Positions 45,956 to 59,234 of a DNA stretch of 64,000 bases are shown piece by piece; within the stretch, counting starts at the first letter, position 1; each line of letters opens with the position of its first letter. Source of the stretch: Eledone cirrhosa (Eukaryota). Below the pieces are notes generated by a model. That model had not been told where the DNA came from. It searched no databases and was given only the letters and a program-made list of their open reading frames with translations. The stretch lies in NCBI GenBank assembly GCA_964016885.1, contig OZ024742.1, forward strand, positions 102,424,001 to 102,488,000. The letters run 5' to 3'. Position numbers and translations under genes: made by a program.

Positions 45956-47035
45956 ATGGAACCATAACTCCTGATAGGGTCGTATGGCGCTGTAGTAACA
46001 TACTGCTTGTCTTGGGCATATTTTAAACCTGGCAGGGTCCATTCTATCTAAACACAGCCAATTTCTTCCAGAGAGTGAAAGAGAGAGTGATAGAGAAGAA
46101 GAAAGATCGAGATATAAAAAAAAAAGTCGACCCCTGTACTAGACTGGAACTTTTTTTTCCTTATCAATCTCGGGTTCTGCGAAGCATCATTCGATCTGAT
46201 GTTCTAACGACACGATCAATTTGCCACTTTGTGTTTATATACCAATATATAAGTTGTGTTTATCAATAAAGAATTATCAAATTATACTGATTGCTATAAT
46301 TTGTTCAAATATTTTTAAACACACACACACACACACGCGCACGCGCACACGCACACACACACACAATTTATATTAAAAAATTGGTTTTAAAAATAGTGTA
46401 AGAAGATCCGAACACTCAATCACACTCCATAACAAGAGTCCCCTCCACCGCCTAATAACTTTTTAGACAATAGTAATTTAGCTTCCTGAAACAAGCTGTA
46501 TGTAGCATCTAACCGTATACAACATTTTACACAATAATAGTTTTCGTCAAGTTATGGGATCATCCAGTTAAAAGACGTTTGCTTGGGGGGAAAGCTGAGC
46601 TCTTCACCTTACCGGGAAAACGATGAACATGAAAAACAAAGCGTACCAGCTAAGAGCTAACGAAACAAGAGATTCCTAATAGCCTCTGACAATAGATATG
46701 GTGTTCTCTTCTTTCTAACATTGTTATCCACACTTCTAATATTCTAACTAATTTCAAAGTCAAAGTAATTTCAAATACGAGATAGAACGGAACAGTTCAA
46801 ATTACGCACACGTGTGAGTCAGGTGCTAGCTATCTCCACTGGACTGCCGGTAAAAATAAATGCTAAACTATCGTAGCCCCTATTTCCCTATTTCTGAAAC
46901 TGGGTCCTCTATTTGCTGGCGGAAATGACACCCTAAACTTTCTATATTTGCTCAAAATAGAAAAAGGAAAAATTTGTTTAGAAGTAAATTGAGTGAAATA
47001 TATCGATTGACAGACGTAAAAGAAAAACGGCTTAC

Positions 47036-47156
47036 TGCCTTTCTTTCACTTTTTCTATATTTTCTTCTTTCCTTCCTTTGGGCTTTCCCAATGACGTAGG
47101 TGCCTCACGCAGTTCAATAGTCTCTCTCCCAATGAAATAGCAGACGACATTCAAGA
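47036..47156 (-). other. Candidate internal exon (121 nt, possibly 5' UTR)
   Basis: Minus-strand acceptor atcttttcag| and donor |gtaagc; purine-rich unique sequence. Confidence 0.4.
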
Positions 47157-47282
47157 CTGAAAAGATATGTGGTTTGTAATTCAAACATATACAAGTAATT
47201 TTAGCGTCGGCTAAGGAAATCATTTTGCTATCTCTCTTTTTATATGTCAGGGTGTGTATGTTTGTGTGTACGTATGTGTGTG

Positions 47283-47354
<72 letters not shown>

Positions 47355-47355
<1 letters not shown>

Positions 47356-47470
47356 GCGTGTGGCTGAGTGGTTAGAGAATTGGATTCACAATTTTGAGGT
47401 TGTGAGTTCGATTCCTGGACCGGGCGATGCGTTATGTCCTTGAGCAAGACACTTTATTTCACATTGCTCC
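47355..47470 (+). mobile_element. tRNA-derived CORE-type SINE (octopus OR-like)
   Basis: ggcgtgtggctgagtggttag (A box), gagttcgattcc (B box), gtccttgagcaagacactt CORE-like motif; another copy at 63350-63448. Confidence 0.7.
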
Positions 47471-47631
47471 TTCTACCTGGAGTTGCGACCGATAGATAGT
47501 ACTAGCAACTGGAAAGACCTGCGGAAACATTGTTTCCTCGGCTCTGTTTAATTACATTGAGCTATACCTTTTACTGTCATTTCTATAATACGAAGAGGGT
47601 GTTTAACTCCAACACGCTCCAGTATTTTAAT

Positions 47632-47689
<58 letters not shown>

Positions 47690-47714
47690 ATATGTATATG
47701 TGTATATGTATGAA

Positions 47715-47787
<73 letters not shown>

Positions 47788-47818
47788 ATATGTATATGTA
47801 TATGTGTATATGTATGAA

Positions 47819-47863
<45 letters not shown>

Positions 47864-48127
47864 CGAGAGAGATGCAGGCGTGTATGTATATATGTGTGTC
47901 TGTTTCTGTGTATATGAAAGCGGGACACTGTTTAGCAATGGTTGTAGCACAGTTGTTGAAACAACACAGATCCGTCAGAGCCACTACATTATACTGGCTC
48001 GAATTAAGCCACATGAAACAAGACACTTAGATCAGTTCATAATTATTCCAGGACGATGAAGACACAAGCTGGGTCCCTTTATATTATCCAGAACTGTCTG
48101 AAATGGAAAATAAGACGGACTTATTAA

Positions 48128-48629
48128 CCCTTTCACTACCATATTTCTCATGATAAGCACTGACATCGTTAAATATTCAGAAACACAGAGATCGTTAAAT
48201 ATTCACTTTAATAAACACTGCCTTTTAGTTTCAAATCATATTAAAAATAATCCGGACTGTGGTGAAATACGTTATTCAGAGGGCGGATTACTGGCAGAAT
48301 CGTTACAGCATCGAACACAATGCTTTGCGGTATTTAGTTACGACTTTCTACGTTCTGAGTTCAAATCCCGCCGAGGTCAAATTTATTTTAATTCTTCCGG
48401 GATCGATAAAATAAAGTTCTGATTAGATACCGAGGTTGATATAATCGACTTTGCCCTTCCCCCAAATTACTGGCATCATATCAAAGTTAGAAATTATTAA
48501 ATATAACTTAACAACTGTTCTTATATAAAATTATGATGGAAAGTTTTTAAGTGGATATAAATATTTCAAAGCAAACAATTTCATATCGCAGAACCAGAAG
48601 CAGTTTCAGACGGTTTGGTATCAAAATGA
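48128..48629. mobile_element. piggyBac-like MITE with nested OK-like SINE (48281-48495)
   Basis: TTAA|ccctttcactacc ... ggtatcaaaatga|TTAA; related end at ~39935-40000. Confidence 0.5.
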
Positions 48630-49273
48630 TTAATGAATAAGGATGTATTTCTAAGTCGCAGAATGATACCTTTCTTTGGAGTCGGTTGAAAATATTTTAT
48701 TTAGTTGATACTAGCAAATTACTGGTACACATCCTTTCAAGATTATAACAGACAAAATTTGACTCCCTTCTGACTTGAAATCAGAAACACAGACATCGTT
48801 AAATATTTACTTTAATTCTTAATCCAACACTGGATGCTGCAAGCGAAAGCGAGGGTGGGTTGTAGTTTCTACATAGTAGATGGCTTGCGAGAAGTAGCTG
48901 CTAAATACCTCACCAATTACACACTACGTTGTTAAATGAATAGGGATACGATGTACTTTCAAATGTATAACAAGATGAGATGATCCTGGGTGAAATGCCG
49001 TTGGTCGAACTTATGTCTACTGAAGGCAGGAAGTTCTGGGTCTAAACAACAAGAACAATTAAGCATCTGGTGATGGAACCTTCGTCAGTTTTAATGATGA
49101 ATGGTGTTCGATCAACGGAACAGCCTGGTCACGTGTATGTGACACGTGTACACTTAACGTAATTCTCATGGAGATTTGGTGTGACCCAGTGTGTGATAAG
49201 AATATGTTCATGACATTTAAAGTGTACGTGGCTGTGGAGTCACAGTTCACTACAGCCAGTAGTTTCTTTAGAC

Positions 49274-49795
49274 CAGAGGTTCTCAAACTTTTTAGGCCAC
49301 TGTCCCCCTCACGGTCGTGTAATACCCTCAGAGCCTCGACCCCTCTTACCAGAGAGACCTGCCTATACGCAAATTGTAAATGATTATTTCTACTTTTGGC
49401 ACAAGGCCAGCAATTACCCAGTGCATTACTGGTACTTTATTTTATCGACGCCGTAAGGATGAAAGGCAAAGTTAACTTTGGCCGGATTTGAACTCAGAAT
49501 GGAAAGGGCCGTAACTCTATGCTGCAAAGCTTGGCGTCCGACCCTCTACCGATATTGCCAATCCACCGCCATTGTCAATAATGCATAATAAATAAAATCT
49601 TTAATTTATAAATAATAAATAATATAATATATACTATGTATAAATAGATATATATTTTTATATTACTATATTTATATATAATATGTATCATTTGATATTT
49701 AATATACTATTATATCATATCTCCCCCCCCCCCCGCCCCCCTGGACCTTCTCAACGCCCACTGGGGGGCGGTAGCACCCACTTTGAGGACCTCTG
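49274..49795. mobile_element. hAT (Charlie-like) MITE with nested OK-like SINE (49385-49570, minus)
   Basis: TIRs cagaggttctcaaa / tttgaggacctctg; perfect 8-bp TSD ctttagac (49266-49273, 49796-49803). Confidence 0.9.
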
Positions 49796-50523
49796 CTTTA
49801 GACGGTGGGAATAGTAGAATTGGTCAATTGTCAGATAAAATTGGAATGGCAGCAACCCGTCTGAGGAAAGGAGCCACTCGCTGTGGTGTGGTTGTTGCAG
49901 AGGGCGTCGCTGGCCATTTTGCCATTTTGTCCGCATGGGCAACCAAAACACCGCTCTGGCTTATGTGTATAGTCTGTCACCCTCGACCCTTCCCCCCTTT
50001 GTTTCGTTCCCTAATAATCCCTGTTCCTTTTCCTCTTATTAATGTCATTTATAGTCCTTTCCAATACTGCTTTCTATATGTTGAACTATTTCTTGAAATA
50101 TATTTGAGTATTTTGAAATAAAATCTCTACCTTTAATTAAATGATACAAATGTATATAAAAGTGTGTTAGCTTAAGGGTCAGTAATGTGGCTCCCTGAGG
50201 TCCAGGCGGTTGCTTAGCTGTCTTTAATGGTAGCACTGGCCCTAGGTCTACTAACTAAGGTCGATTATATAAGTGACGAAGATGGAGGTTCTGCCAGTCA
50301 GATGACATGCTAAAATTAGCAGCTTAACCTCAAATTCGAACACACACACACACACACATACATACACATACATACACACATACATACATAAACAGTTGTG
50401 GGTTTGTTCGTACGGACAACATTTTACGTACTAAAAATAAAGTACTTAATACTTCAGGAAATGGACTTAAATATGTTTATTTATTGCAATTATAATTCCG
50501 TTTCAGCTCTTCAGTTTTGGTGA

Positions 50524-50563
<40 letters not shown>

Positions 50564-50691
50564 ATATTATGAATTATATATATACATACACACACACACA
50601 CTCACACATTCACACATATATATAATACATACATACATCCATACATCCATACACCCACACACACACACACACACACACAGACACACACACA

Positions 50692-50768
<77 letters not shown>

Positions 50769-50944
50769 CTGGCGTCAAGATTTTCCCAACACTCCCACGA
50801 TCTTTTACAATCACTGTTGTGTTAGTACATATGGAGATTTTGAATAGCTTCTGTTTCAAACTACGTATAAAGAGCTACTAAGGAAATAAGAAAATCTATA
50901 TACATGTATATATCTATATAATATCTATATATCTATGTATATAT

Positions 50945-51140
50945 CTATATACTGCTAAAACAATGTGATTGCTTGCTTGTCTGTAATATAATACTGTCAA
51001 AAGGGCGCATAATGGGAAAATACTTTCAAAGGAAGTTGACCCTCTAATGGGAATACAAATGGAATAAAACAAGTTTCGCGTAAATCGGACCATGGGTTCC
51101 CGAGATATGAGGTTTTTTTCAGTTACCTTCATAAACAAAG
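50945..51140 (+). mobile_element. Possible non-autonomous Helentron/DINE-like fragment
   Basis: tctatatac start, (tgct) microsatellite, aagtttcgcgtaaatcggacca..gagatatga motif. Confidence 0.35.
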
Positions 51141-51256
51141 AGTTAGAAAGATAGAGAGGAAGAGATAGTGGTTGTGACAGAGTAGATTGAAAGAGAGACA
51201 TAGTGCGAGAGAGGGAGTGGAGACAGAGAAGGAGAATGGAAGAGAGCTGGTGGTGT

Positions 51257-51314
<58 letters not shown>

Positions 51315-52225
51315 AGTGTGTGTGTGTGTGTATATATATGTGTGTCTATGACCAGTGCATATAGATCATAGACACCCATATATATATATACATACACACA
51401 TATACATATATATATATATATATGTATACACACACATTTATATATATATACATACACACACGTATATATACGGGCCTTCCAGTTTCATTTTACATTATAT
51501 ACATGTCTGCGTATATTTTAATTATTCAAAAATTATTTATAAGTGAACATGATTTTTTTAAAATATTTTGAAGTGAACGTGACCCAACGGATCACGAGTG
51601 GTCTAGTATAATTTAAAAGTGAGATCTTTGTTGTAAAGGTTTCCACCCTTTCGAACCCTCTTTGGTGTCTCGGGATACGCAATCTTTGTGCGTCCATCCG
51701 ACGCCTTCCAGGACTTGTCGTTGGTCCATCGCCAATTTTTGCGGTATGAAATGAAGACTGCAATATATTTGTCGAACAGGCCCCTCTACCTAAGGTCTGA
51801 ACGCGTCCTTTGTTAAACCACGCGAAGGACGATGCGGTATGGTTCTTTTTTGTTCTCATCATATTGCAGTTTCAGTGGTCTTATTCGCGCCAGTCACCAA
51901 TCTGGTACTTTGTCAAGCCCTCAAAGACTGGGCTTTACTAGAGGCGACCTTTCAAATTACAACGAAGACAACTAATTCAATACTTCACTGAACGAAAGGC
52001 ACCTCCTTGCGTGTGATGTCTTCGTTGTAGTATTGAATTTAATAATGGTTTCTGATTTAGGCACAAGGCCAACAATTTTGGGCGAGGGGAAAGTCAATTA
52101 AATCGACATCAGTATGTTACTGGTACTTTATTTTGTCGACCCTGTAAAGATGAAAGGCAAAGCTAACCTCTCCTTTTCAATCTCCTCCTCTCTCCTTTTT
52201 CATCATCATCAGCATCATCATCATC

Positions 52226-52256
<31 letters not shown>

Positions 52257-52374
52257 CTTCTTCTTCTTCTTCTTCTTCTAACCTGAACCCGAATCCATGC
52301 CCCAACACTCTTCACCCAGCCCAAGTGGCTTGTATATAAGTGCTATCACAAGCAATATACATATACATATACAT

Positions 52375-52684
52375 ATGGTGGCTGCCAACTCGTTTTCGAG
52401 TACGGCCACTACTTTATATCCATGTAGGAGAACCCCTACCGATGCGCTGAACGAGTGTGACTTTTTAGTCCAGCCAGCGACTTGAAAACTCTGGTACAAA
52501 CACTACACTTGTGACAATTATTGACACATAGTGCTTTACCTTTGGTACCATGTGACGACAAGTGCAGAGAGATCTCCAGATACAAAGCAATGCCTGTGCC
52601 GTGAAGCTTTTATAGTGAGCAAAGGCACTGCACAAAGCCAGTCCCACTCTCTTAACCAAGATGATATTTACCAAAAAGAAGAAC
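52375..52684 (-). mobile_element. 3' half of the non-autonomous RTE-related repeat (inverted relative to 57233-57840)
   Basis: Reverse complement closely matches 57530-57840. Confidence 0.8.
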
Positions 52685-52709
52685 ATATACATATACATAT
52701 ACATACATA

Positions 52710-52790
<81 letters not shown>

Positions 52791-52881
52791 ATATATATAT
52801 ATATATATAAAATAGTAGAACACTGGAGGGTTATATCCGGAGTAGTAGAGCACTCAATCCATGAGATGAGTTTGGTAGTTG

Positions 52882-52957
52882 TAGTTCCGCAACAGTTAGT
52901 TCACCATACCGAGAACATTTCTTCTCGTTATGGTGAACTAACTGTTGCGGAACTACT
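52882..52957. repeat. 35-bp-arm hairpin
   Basis: gtagttccgcaacagttagttcaccataccgagaa / ttctcgttatggtgaactaactgttgcggaactac. Confidence 0.85.
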
Positions 52958-53077
<120 letters not shown>

Positions 53078-53195
53078 GTATTGAAGTGAATAACTATGTA
53101 TATACACTGGAATGTGTTCTACATTATCTATTGAGTACGCTGAAATACAACCGGTCCTGGCATTGTTAAATATGCTGGGTCCGTCAACTCCTTAT

Positions 53196-53248
<53 letters not shown>

Positions 53249-53411
53249 AGAAGGTATATTCAATTTGTTAGTAATTCAACAAATATAAATGTTTATAACT
53301 GATTCAAAGCACTCGACAAGTTTTCTGGAGTATAATATTCAATGATATTAAATAAATGGAAACTGTATTTATAAAACCATATTTATTCTATTATATATAT
53401 TAAATAAATGG

Positions 53412-53443
<32 letters not shown>

Positions 53444-53512
53444 GTGTGTATATATATATACATACATACATATATATATATATGTGTGTGTATATATATA
53501 CATACATACATA

Positions 53513-53553
<41 letters not shown>

Positions 53554-53555
<2 letters not shown>

Positions 53556-53681
53556 GTTATTCCGGGTTGAATCGGAGGTAACCACAGTAAGTAAGGTACT
53601 CAATACATAGCAGAGTATAAAAGTTTTAATATAGATGAGATTCTACAGGACTAGAACTGTTTCATTCATTAGAAATCATCA
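53554..53681 (-). mobile_element. PLE family A 3' terminus, truncated inside the hammerhead core
   Basis: Matches 25497-25624; homology stops at (C)UGAUGA. Confidence 0.85.
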
Positions 53682-53965
53682 TCGTTATAGTGCAGTAGTT
53701 ACATTATCTATGACGAAACTCCGCCCCACTTTTATGATTAACAGAGAGATATAAACATCCATTTTGGATATGGTAGTGCCAGAGAAGGACAAACTTTACT
53801 TCGTGGTGATGGTGGTGGCCGTAGTGTTATTGCTGGTGGCCGTGTTGGCTGCAGCAACGGCAGCGGCGACGACCATAGTAATATCGTTGATGTTGGGACT
53901 GGTGGTGGTGGTGTTGATTAAGGCGGCAGCTTACTTGGGGAAGGAGATAGAAAATCAACCCCCAC

Positions 53966-54000
<35 letters not shown>

Positions 54001-54288
54001 TCTTATGCAAAGCAAAACAAACCAACGAACAAGCAAATAAATATATAAAGAAAGGCACACTGCTGTTAGGAGTTAGCGCAATGTTTGAGTTCGTAATCTA
54101 AAACGAAGATTTTTGGCAACTAACGTTGCTGGGTTCCAGCCAAAAGAGACTCTATGTATCCAACATAAGTACGATCGTATTCATTTATTATTGCACAATC
54201 CTTCAATCTTCTTGTATATATAATATATGATATATATTATATATATATATATATATTTATATATATACATATACATACATATATATAC

Positions 54289-54360
<72 letters not shown>

Positions 54361-55374
54361 TTATACATATACATATATATATATACATACATATACATAC
54401 ATATACATACACGCACACATACACACACACACACATATATATATATATATGTGTGTGTGTGTCTATATGTATCTGTGCGTGTGTTTGTGTATGTGTAGTA
54501 CTCAGTCGGATAAAAAGCCTTGCGGTATTTGCTCCAACTATTTGAGCTCCATCCTGCCGAGGTCAACTGTGCCTGTCATCGTTTGGGGGTTGCTAAATAA
54601 AGTACCAGATGAGACCAGTTGAGACCAGGGTAGGGCAGTGAAATGACGAGATGCCTTGCGGTATTTATTTCAGCTTTTTTTTTATTTCTGAATTCAAATT
54701 CTCTCCCTACTTAAACAAGTCTCATCTATTGTATAATAAGTTGTTGTGAAATGGTGGCATGAAGTTCAATGTAATGCTCTTCGCCTTTAGCGGAGTTTAG
54801 TCTGTTGCAAGCATTTGAACAACGTATCTTGTTTGAGGATAGCTTTCCACCATTCCACCCTTCCCCCATTCCATTTTCCCCACTTTCCATCCTTCCATTC
54901 TTCCTCCCCTCCAATCTTCCCACCCTCCATCCTTCCACCCTTCCATTCTTCCATTCTTCCCACCTTTCACCCTTCCAACTTTCCTCCCTTTAGTCTCGAC
55001 ACATCCATGATGTTAGAAGACCTACCTCCCATCTCGCCTTCCGCACTTCCTACCTTTCACCCTCCCACTCTTCTTACCATCAGTCTTGGGCCACATCCGT
55101 CTCCTACTAATCTTACGTTCCCCTCTTATTCCTACTAGTCTAATGCCACATTTCTGGTTTGAGGATACCTTCTTCCCTTCCATCTTATGACTAGTCTCAG
55201 CCCAGGGCCCAGGTCTGAGGATATTTGCAGGCATATAAAAATAAAGTGTTTTGTTAACTCCTTGTAAACATTCCGATTATCAGCAATTGACAGCCAAGTT
55301 CAATTCACACACGTGTATCTATATTTGATATTTTTCTTTTTCATTATTTTAATTCTTTCTGTAAGTCATTATTT

Positions 55375-55650
55375 GCTGAGGTTAACTTTGCCTTTCATCC
55401 TTACGGGGTCCATAAAATAAAGTACCAGTAATATACTGTGTAATTGTTGGCCTTGTGCTAAAAGTAGAAAAAATTATTTTTGGTAGAACGTCAGACACCA
55501 TGCTTTGTAACATAGAGTTATGCCCTTTACGTTCTGAGTTCAAATCTCGCCGAGGTTAACTTTGTCTGTCATCCTTACGGGGTCGACAAAATAAAGCAGC
55601 AGTAACACACTAGGGTAATTGCTGGCCTTGTGCCAAAAGTAGAAACAATT
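55375..55650 (+). mobile_element. Two partial OK-like SINE copies
   Basis: gaggttaactttg..tcatccttacggggtc..ggccttgtgc. Confidence 0.7.
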
Positions 55651-55779
55651 ATTTTAACGTGTAGTTGATTCCAGTTTAAATCTAATTTTGTTGCAGTAAG
55701 TTTACATTTTGTGTCAAATACTCCATGATAAATGGTGGTTAAGAGTCTTAAAACAGTCATAAAGTGTTAAGATAGTCAT

Positions 55780-56096
55780 TACAAATGCTTCTCAACCTCA
55801 GAGAATATCAAACTCTGGATCTTACCTAGGACATATTATGTATGCATATGTCCTTCCCATCACTAACTTTTTATACGTTTATTCTCAGGGATAACCTTTC
55901 TACGGATTGCATGTACAGTGTTTTGGCCACTACATCATGCCTCAAAGGTACATAGTATTGTGACCATATCTTTGGACAGCTGTTTGTGATGTGGGTGACA
56001 TCCTCCGTGTTAATTCCACAGAGTCTGCATCTGTTATCACATCTAAGTGTTCTGCCTGCATTCCAATCTCTTTTGTGCATCAGGTATTTTGTTGTA
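55780..56096 (-). mobile_element. RLE-class (R4-like) LINE fragment, CCHC region
   Basis: CRLCGINTEDVTHITNSCPKI..YYVPLRHDVVAK. Confidence 0.75.
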
Positions 56097-56197
56097 AGTA
56101 TGTGTGTATGTATGGATGGATGGATGAATGGATATAGGTAAGTAGGTATTAATGTATGTAATTATGTATGTATGAATGTATGTAATTATGTATGTAT

Positions 56198-57160
56198 GTT
56201 GCTTTCGGAAAATTGGAAAAAGAGTTGGGCAAATCGCAATATTACCATCAATACCAAGATGTGTATATATAGATCACGTGTTCTGTCTGCTGCTCTTTTA
56301 TACTCCGCCGAAATCTGGACGCTATTCCGTAAATATATCAATTTGCTTGAGTGTTTTCAGCAGAAATGTCTAAGGCGCATATTCAAAATCAAGTGGCAAG
56401 ACAGAGCTCCTGACATCCATGTCCTTGTTAAAGCAGAATGCCTACATATTCTGTCTCTAGTAATGTCTTCTCAAATACGCTGGACAGGATATATCGTCTG
56501 CATGAAAGAAAACAGGATCCCGAAGCAACTGTGAGCTCCATCTTCGAAAAAGGCCTCAACAGAAACCGAAAATGAGGTACAAGGACAGCATCTAGAACAA
56601 CCTCAAAGAGCTAGCATTTGATATAGACAACTGGGAGGAAATAGCTCTAAATAGGGCTGAATGGAGAAAGCACATAAAGGACAGTTGCAAAATGTTGAAG
56701 AATGTCGCCTAGAACATAAAACAACTGAAGCGACAGCTCCGGAAGGGTTGTGCTCACAGCCTTGATGAAACCATCAGTAGTTGGACATGCAATTTCTGTC
56801 AACGTGTACTCCTCCAAAACCTGGTTATGTTAATCACCTGAAGTCACATGAAAGAACCATCATCCGCAACACCACTCAATAAAAACCTGGTGAAACAACG
56901 TGTATGATATGCAACAAAGTGTGTAGAATTAATTCCAGACTAAAAAAAACAACAAAAACATGGTAGTGCATAAAGATCGTGCCCACAGGGTGATCCGTAC
57001 TGGTCCTGTGGAAAGCACAACTCTCTTCTGACACATGTGTCGTAAACCATGCAGATCTACAGCTGGCCTACAAAGTCATCTCCGAAGTCATGGACGTAGA
57101 TGGGATGATAACGAAGAATCAACAAGAGACGGCAGTCGTCTGTGAAGACGCTGCAATCCT
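56198..57160 (+). mobile_element. RTE-clade LINE 3' fragment, degenerate, with C2H2 fingers
   Basis: TKMCIYR..LLYSAEIWTL..FQQKCLRRIFKIKWQD..RWTGYIVCM..RIPKQL, then Cys/His finger remnants and a (TATG)n tail. Confidence 0.85.
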
Positions 57161-57232
57161 CATGTATGTATGTATGTATGTATGTATGTATGTATGTATG
57201 TATGTATGTATGTATGTATGTATGTTTATGTT

Positions 57233-57840
57233 GGGTCACTCTTGAGTGCTACTGGTAACATGTAACTCAGTACAACCTGTCTCATGGTCGGGTCGTTGGC
57301 GACTAAACTGGCAACCCCACCAAGGTTTCTTGGTGAAGAGGGTGACTTTGGACATCCTGCAGGACTAAAAACAAAACCTGTCAAAGGGCAAAGGAGCTCT
57401 TAAGAGTCAATGGCCATCCAAAATCACCGGGAGAGATGACCCCTTAGCCTTTGTCAAGGCAGTATTCTAGAAGAAGGAAAACTCTGATATAACACCTGCA
57501 ACCCTGATGGTATCCAATGATGTTGACTTGTTCTTCTTTTTGGTAAATATCATCTTGGTTAAGAGAGTGGGACTGGCTTTGTGCAGTGCCTTTGCTCACT
57601 ATAAAAGCTTCACGGCACAGGCATTGCTTTATATCTGGAGATCTCTCTGCACTTGTCGTCACATGGTACCATGGGCCCAGCACTATGTGTCAATAATTGT
57701 CACAAGTGTAGTGTTTGTACCAGAGTTTTCATGTCGCTGGCTGGACTAAAAAGTCACACTCGTTCAACGCATCGGTATGAGTTCTCCTACATGGATATAA
57801 AGTAGTGACCTTACTCGAAAACGAGTTGGCAGCCACCATG
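57233..57840 (+). mobile_element. Non-autonomous RTE-related element (5'UTR-like part + 3' tail)
   Basis: ctagaagaaggaaaactctga resembles an RTE 5' UTR motif; ends ggcagccacc(atgt)n; second partial copy at 52375. Confidence 0.55.
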
Positions 57841-57902
57841 TATGTATGTATGTGCGTATGCATGTGAGTGAACTTTGGTAGAGAGGAAACTGCAGAAGCT
57901 GG

Positions 57903-57982
<80 letters not shown>

Positions 57983-58079
57983 AAATGAAGTAATTCCGTC
58001 GGAAAAGTCCAGGAAAAAAGAGTCCTCTATGTAGGTAACAGAGATTAATAGTTATGTAATAAACAACAGAAGGCAATTA

Positions 58080-58139
58080 TTCCATTTACCACTGGTTTCT
58101 TAAAAGCAAAAAATTTTGCTTTCAATCCTCAGAATGAAA
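58080..58139 (-). ncRNA. Hammerhead ribozyme (family C), intact, left arm of fold-back
   Basis: tttcatt CUGAGGA ttgaaagcaaaa..ttttgcttttaa GAAA cc-agt-gg UA aatggaa. Confidence 0.85.
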
Positions 58140-58204
58140 AAATCCTGGTCTGTTTATTGAATTTGGATTTTCAAAATCCAAATTCAATAAACAGACCAGG
58201 ATCT

Positions 58205-58264
58205 TTTCATTCTGAGGATTGAAAGCAACATTTTTTGCTTTTAAGAAACCACTGGTAAATGGAA
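58205..58264 (+). ncRNA. Hammerhead ribozyme (family C), intact, right arm of fold-back
   Basis: tttcatt CUGAGGA ttgaaagcaa-catttt-ttgcttttaa GAAA cc-act-gg UA aatggaa. Confidence 0.85.
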
Positions 58265-58289
58265 TAATTGCCTTATGTTGTTTATTACA

Positions 58290-58336
<47 letters not shown>

Positions 58337-58627
58337 TATAAAGTATGTCCATAGAATCATTTGATAATATATATACACCATTTCCTCTCCCAATTAGCAT
58401 AATCAACCACACAAAAAAACAATTAAACCAGGCTATAAGATTAAAAGGCACCTATGAAGAAATAAATGACACCAATTTATATATATATATATTAGAAAGT
58501 GAGGTTTTTTTACAAAATGAAAAATAACCGAGGTGTCCTACACGATTGAAAGTATAAAGAAAAAAAGATGAAATCGAAAATGCAACTGGAGTCTTATTTA
58601 AAAAAAAATATATATATTTATTTGGTT

Positions 58628-58665
58628 CCTTTACCGGTTTCGCAGTTCTTCTGCTTTTCAAAAGG
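58628..58665 (-). ncRNA. Degenerate hammerhead (core UUGAAAA)
   Basis: cctt ttgaaaa gcag-aagaa-ctgc GAAA ccgg UA aagg; lies in a repeat (58492-58700) whose other copy at 12366-12466 is cut by the gap. Confidence 0.5.
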
Positions 58666-58699
58666 TGAGTTGAGATGGAGGGTCTGTGGTTTTTCTCAC

Positions 58700-58737
<38 letters not shown>

Positions 58738-58910
58738 ATTTATATATATATATACATACCTACTTGCATATACGCACACACATACATACAAACATTCATT
58801 CATACATATATATATATATGTGTAAGTGCACGTGCGAAAATATATCAGTGAACCGGTTCAAGCAGGTCCCAAAGTCCTTTTGATCGATCCTATATATTTT
58901 CCACAGATTG

Positions 58911-58941
<31 letters not shown>

Positions 58942-58943
58942 GC

Positions 58944-58989
<46 letters not shown>

Positions 58990-59191
58990 AATATAGATAT
59001 ATATATACACATACACACTCACATATCCATATATATGTATATACGTGTGTATGTGTGTGTTAATGTATGTATATTGTGTGGAAGAGTGTGTACAAGTACT
59101 TCACGGAACACGGCAGATTCGCGGAAAAATAATGACAACGTAGATGATAATGGTGATGATGATGACGACGACAATGATGATGATGATGATG

Positions 59192-59234
<43 letters not shown>

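Noticed and set aside
47515-47635. GAAA-cattg-UU hammerhead 3' half
   Set aside because: No CUGANGA or stem I partner visible; insufficient support.
51533-51900. GC-richer island with a 109-aa ORF, possible transposase or exon
   Set aside because: No recognisable motif in the frames I read; stops in alternative frames.
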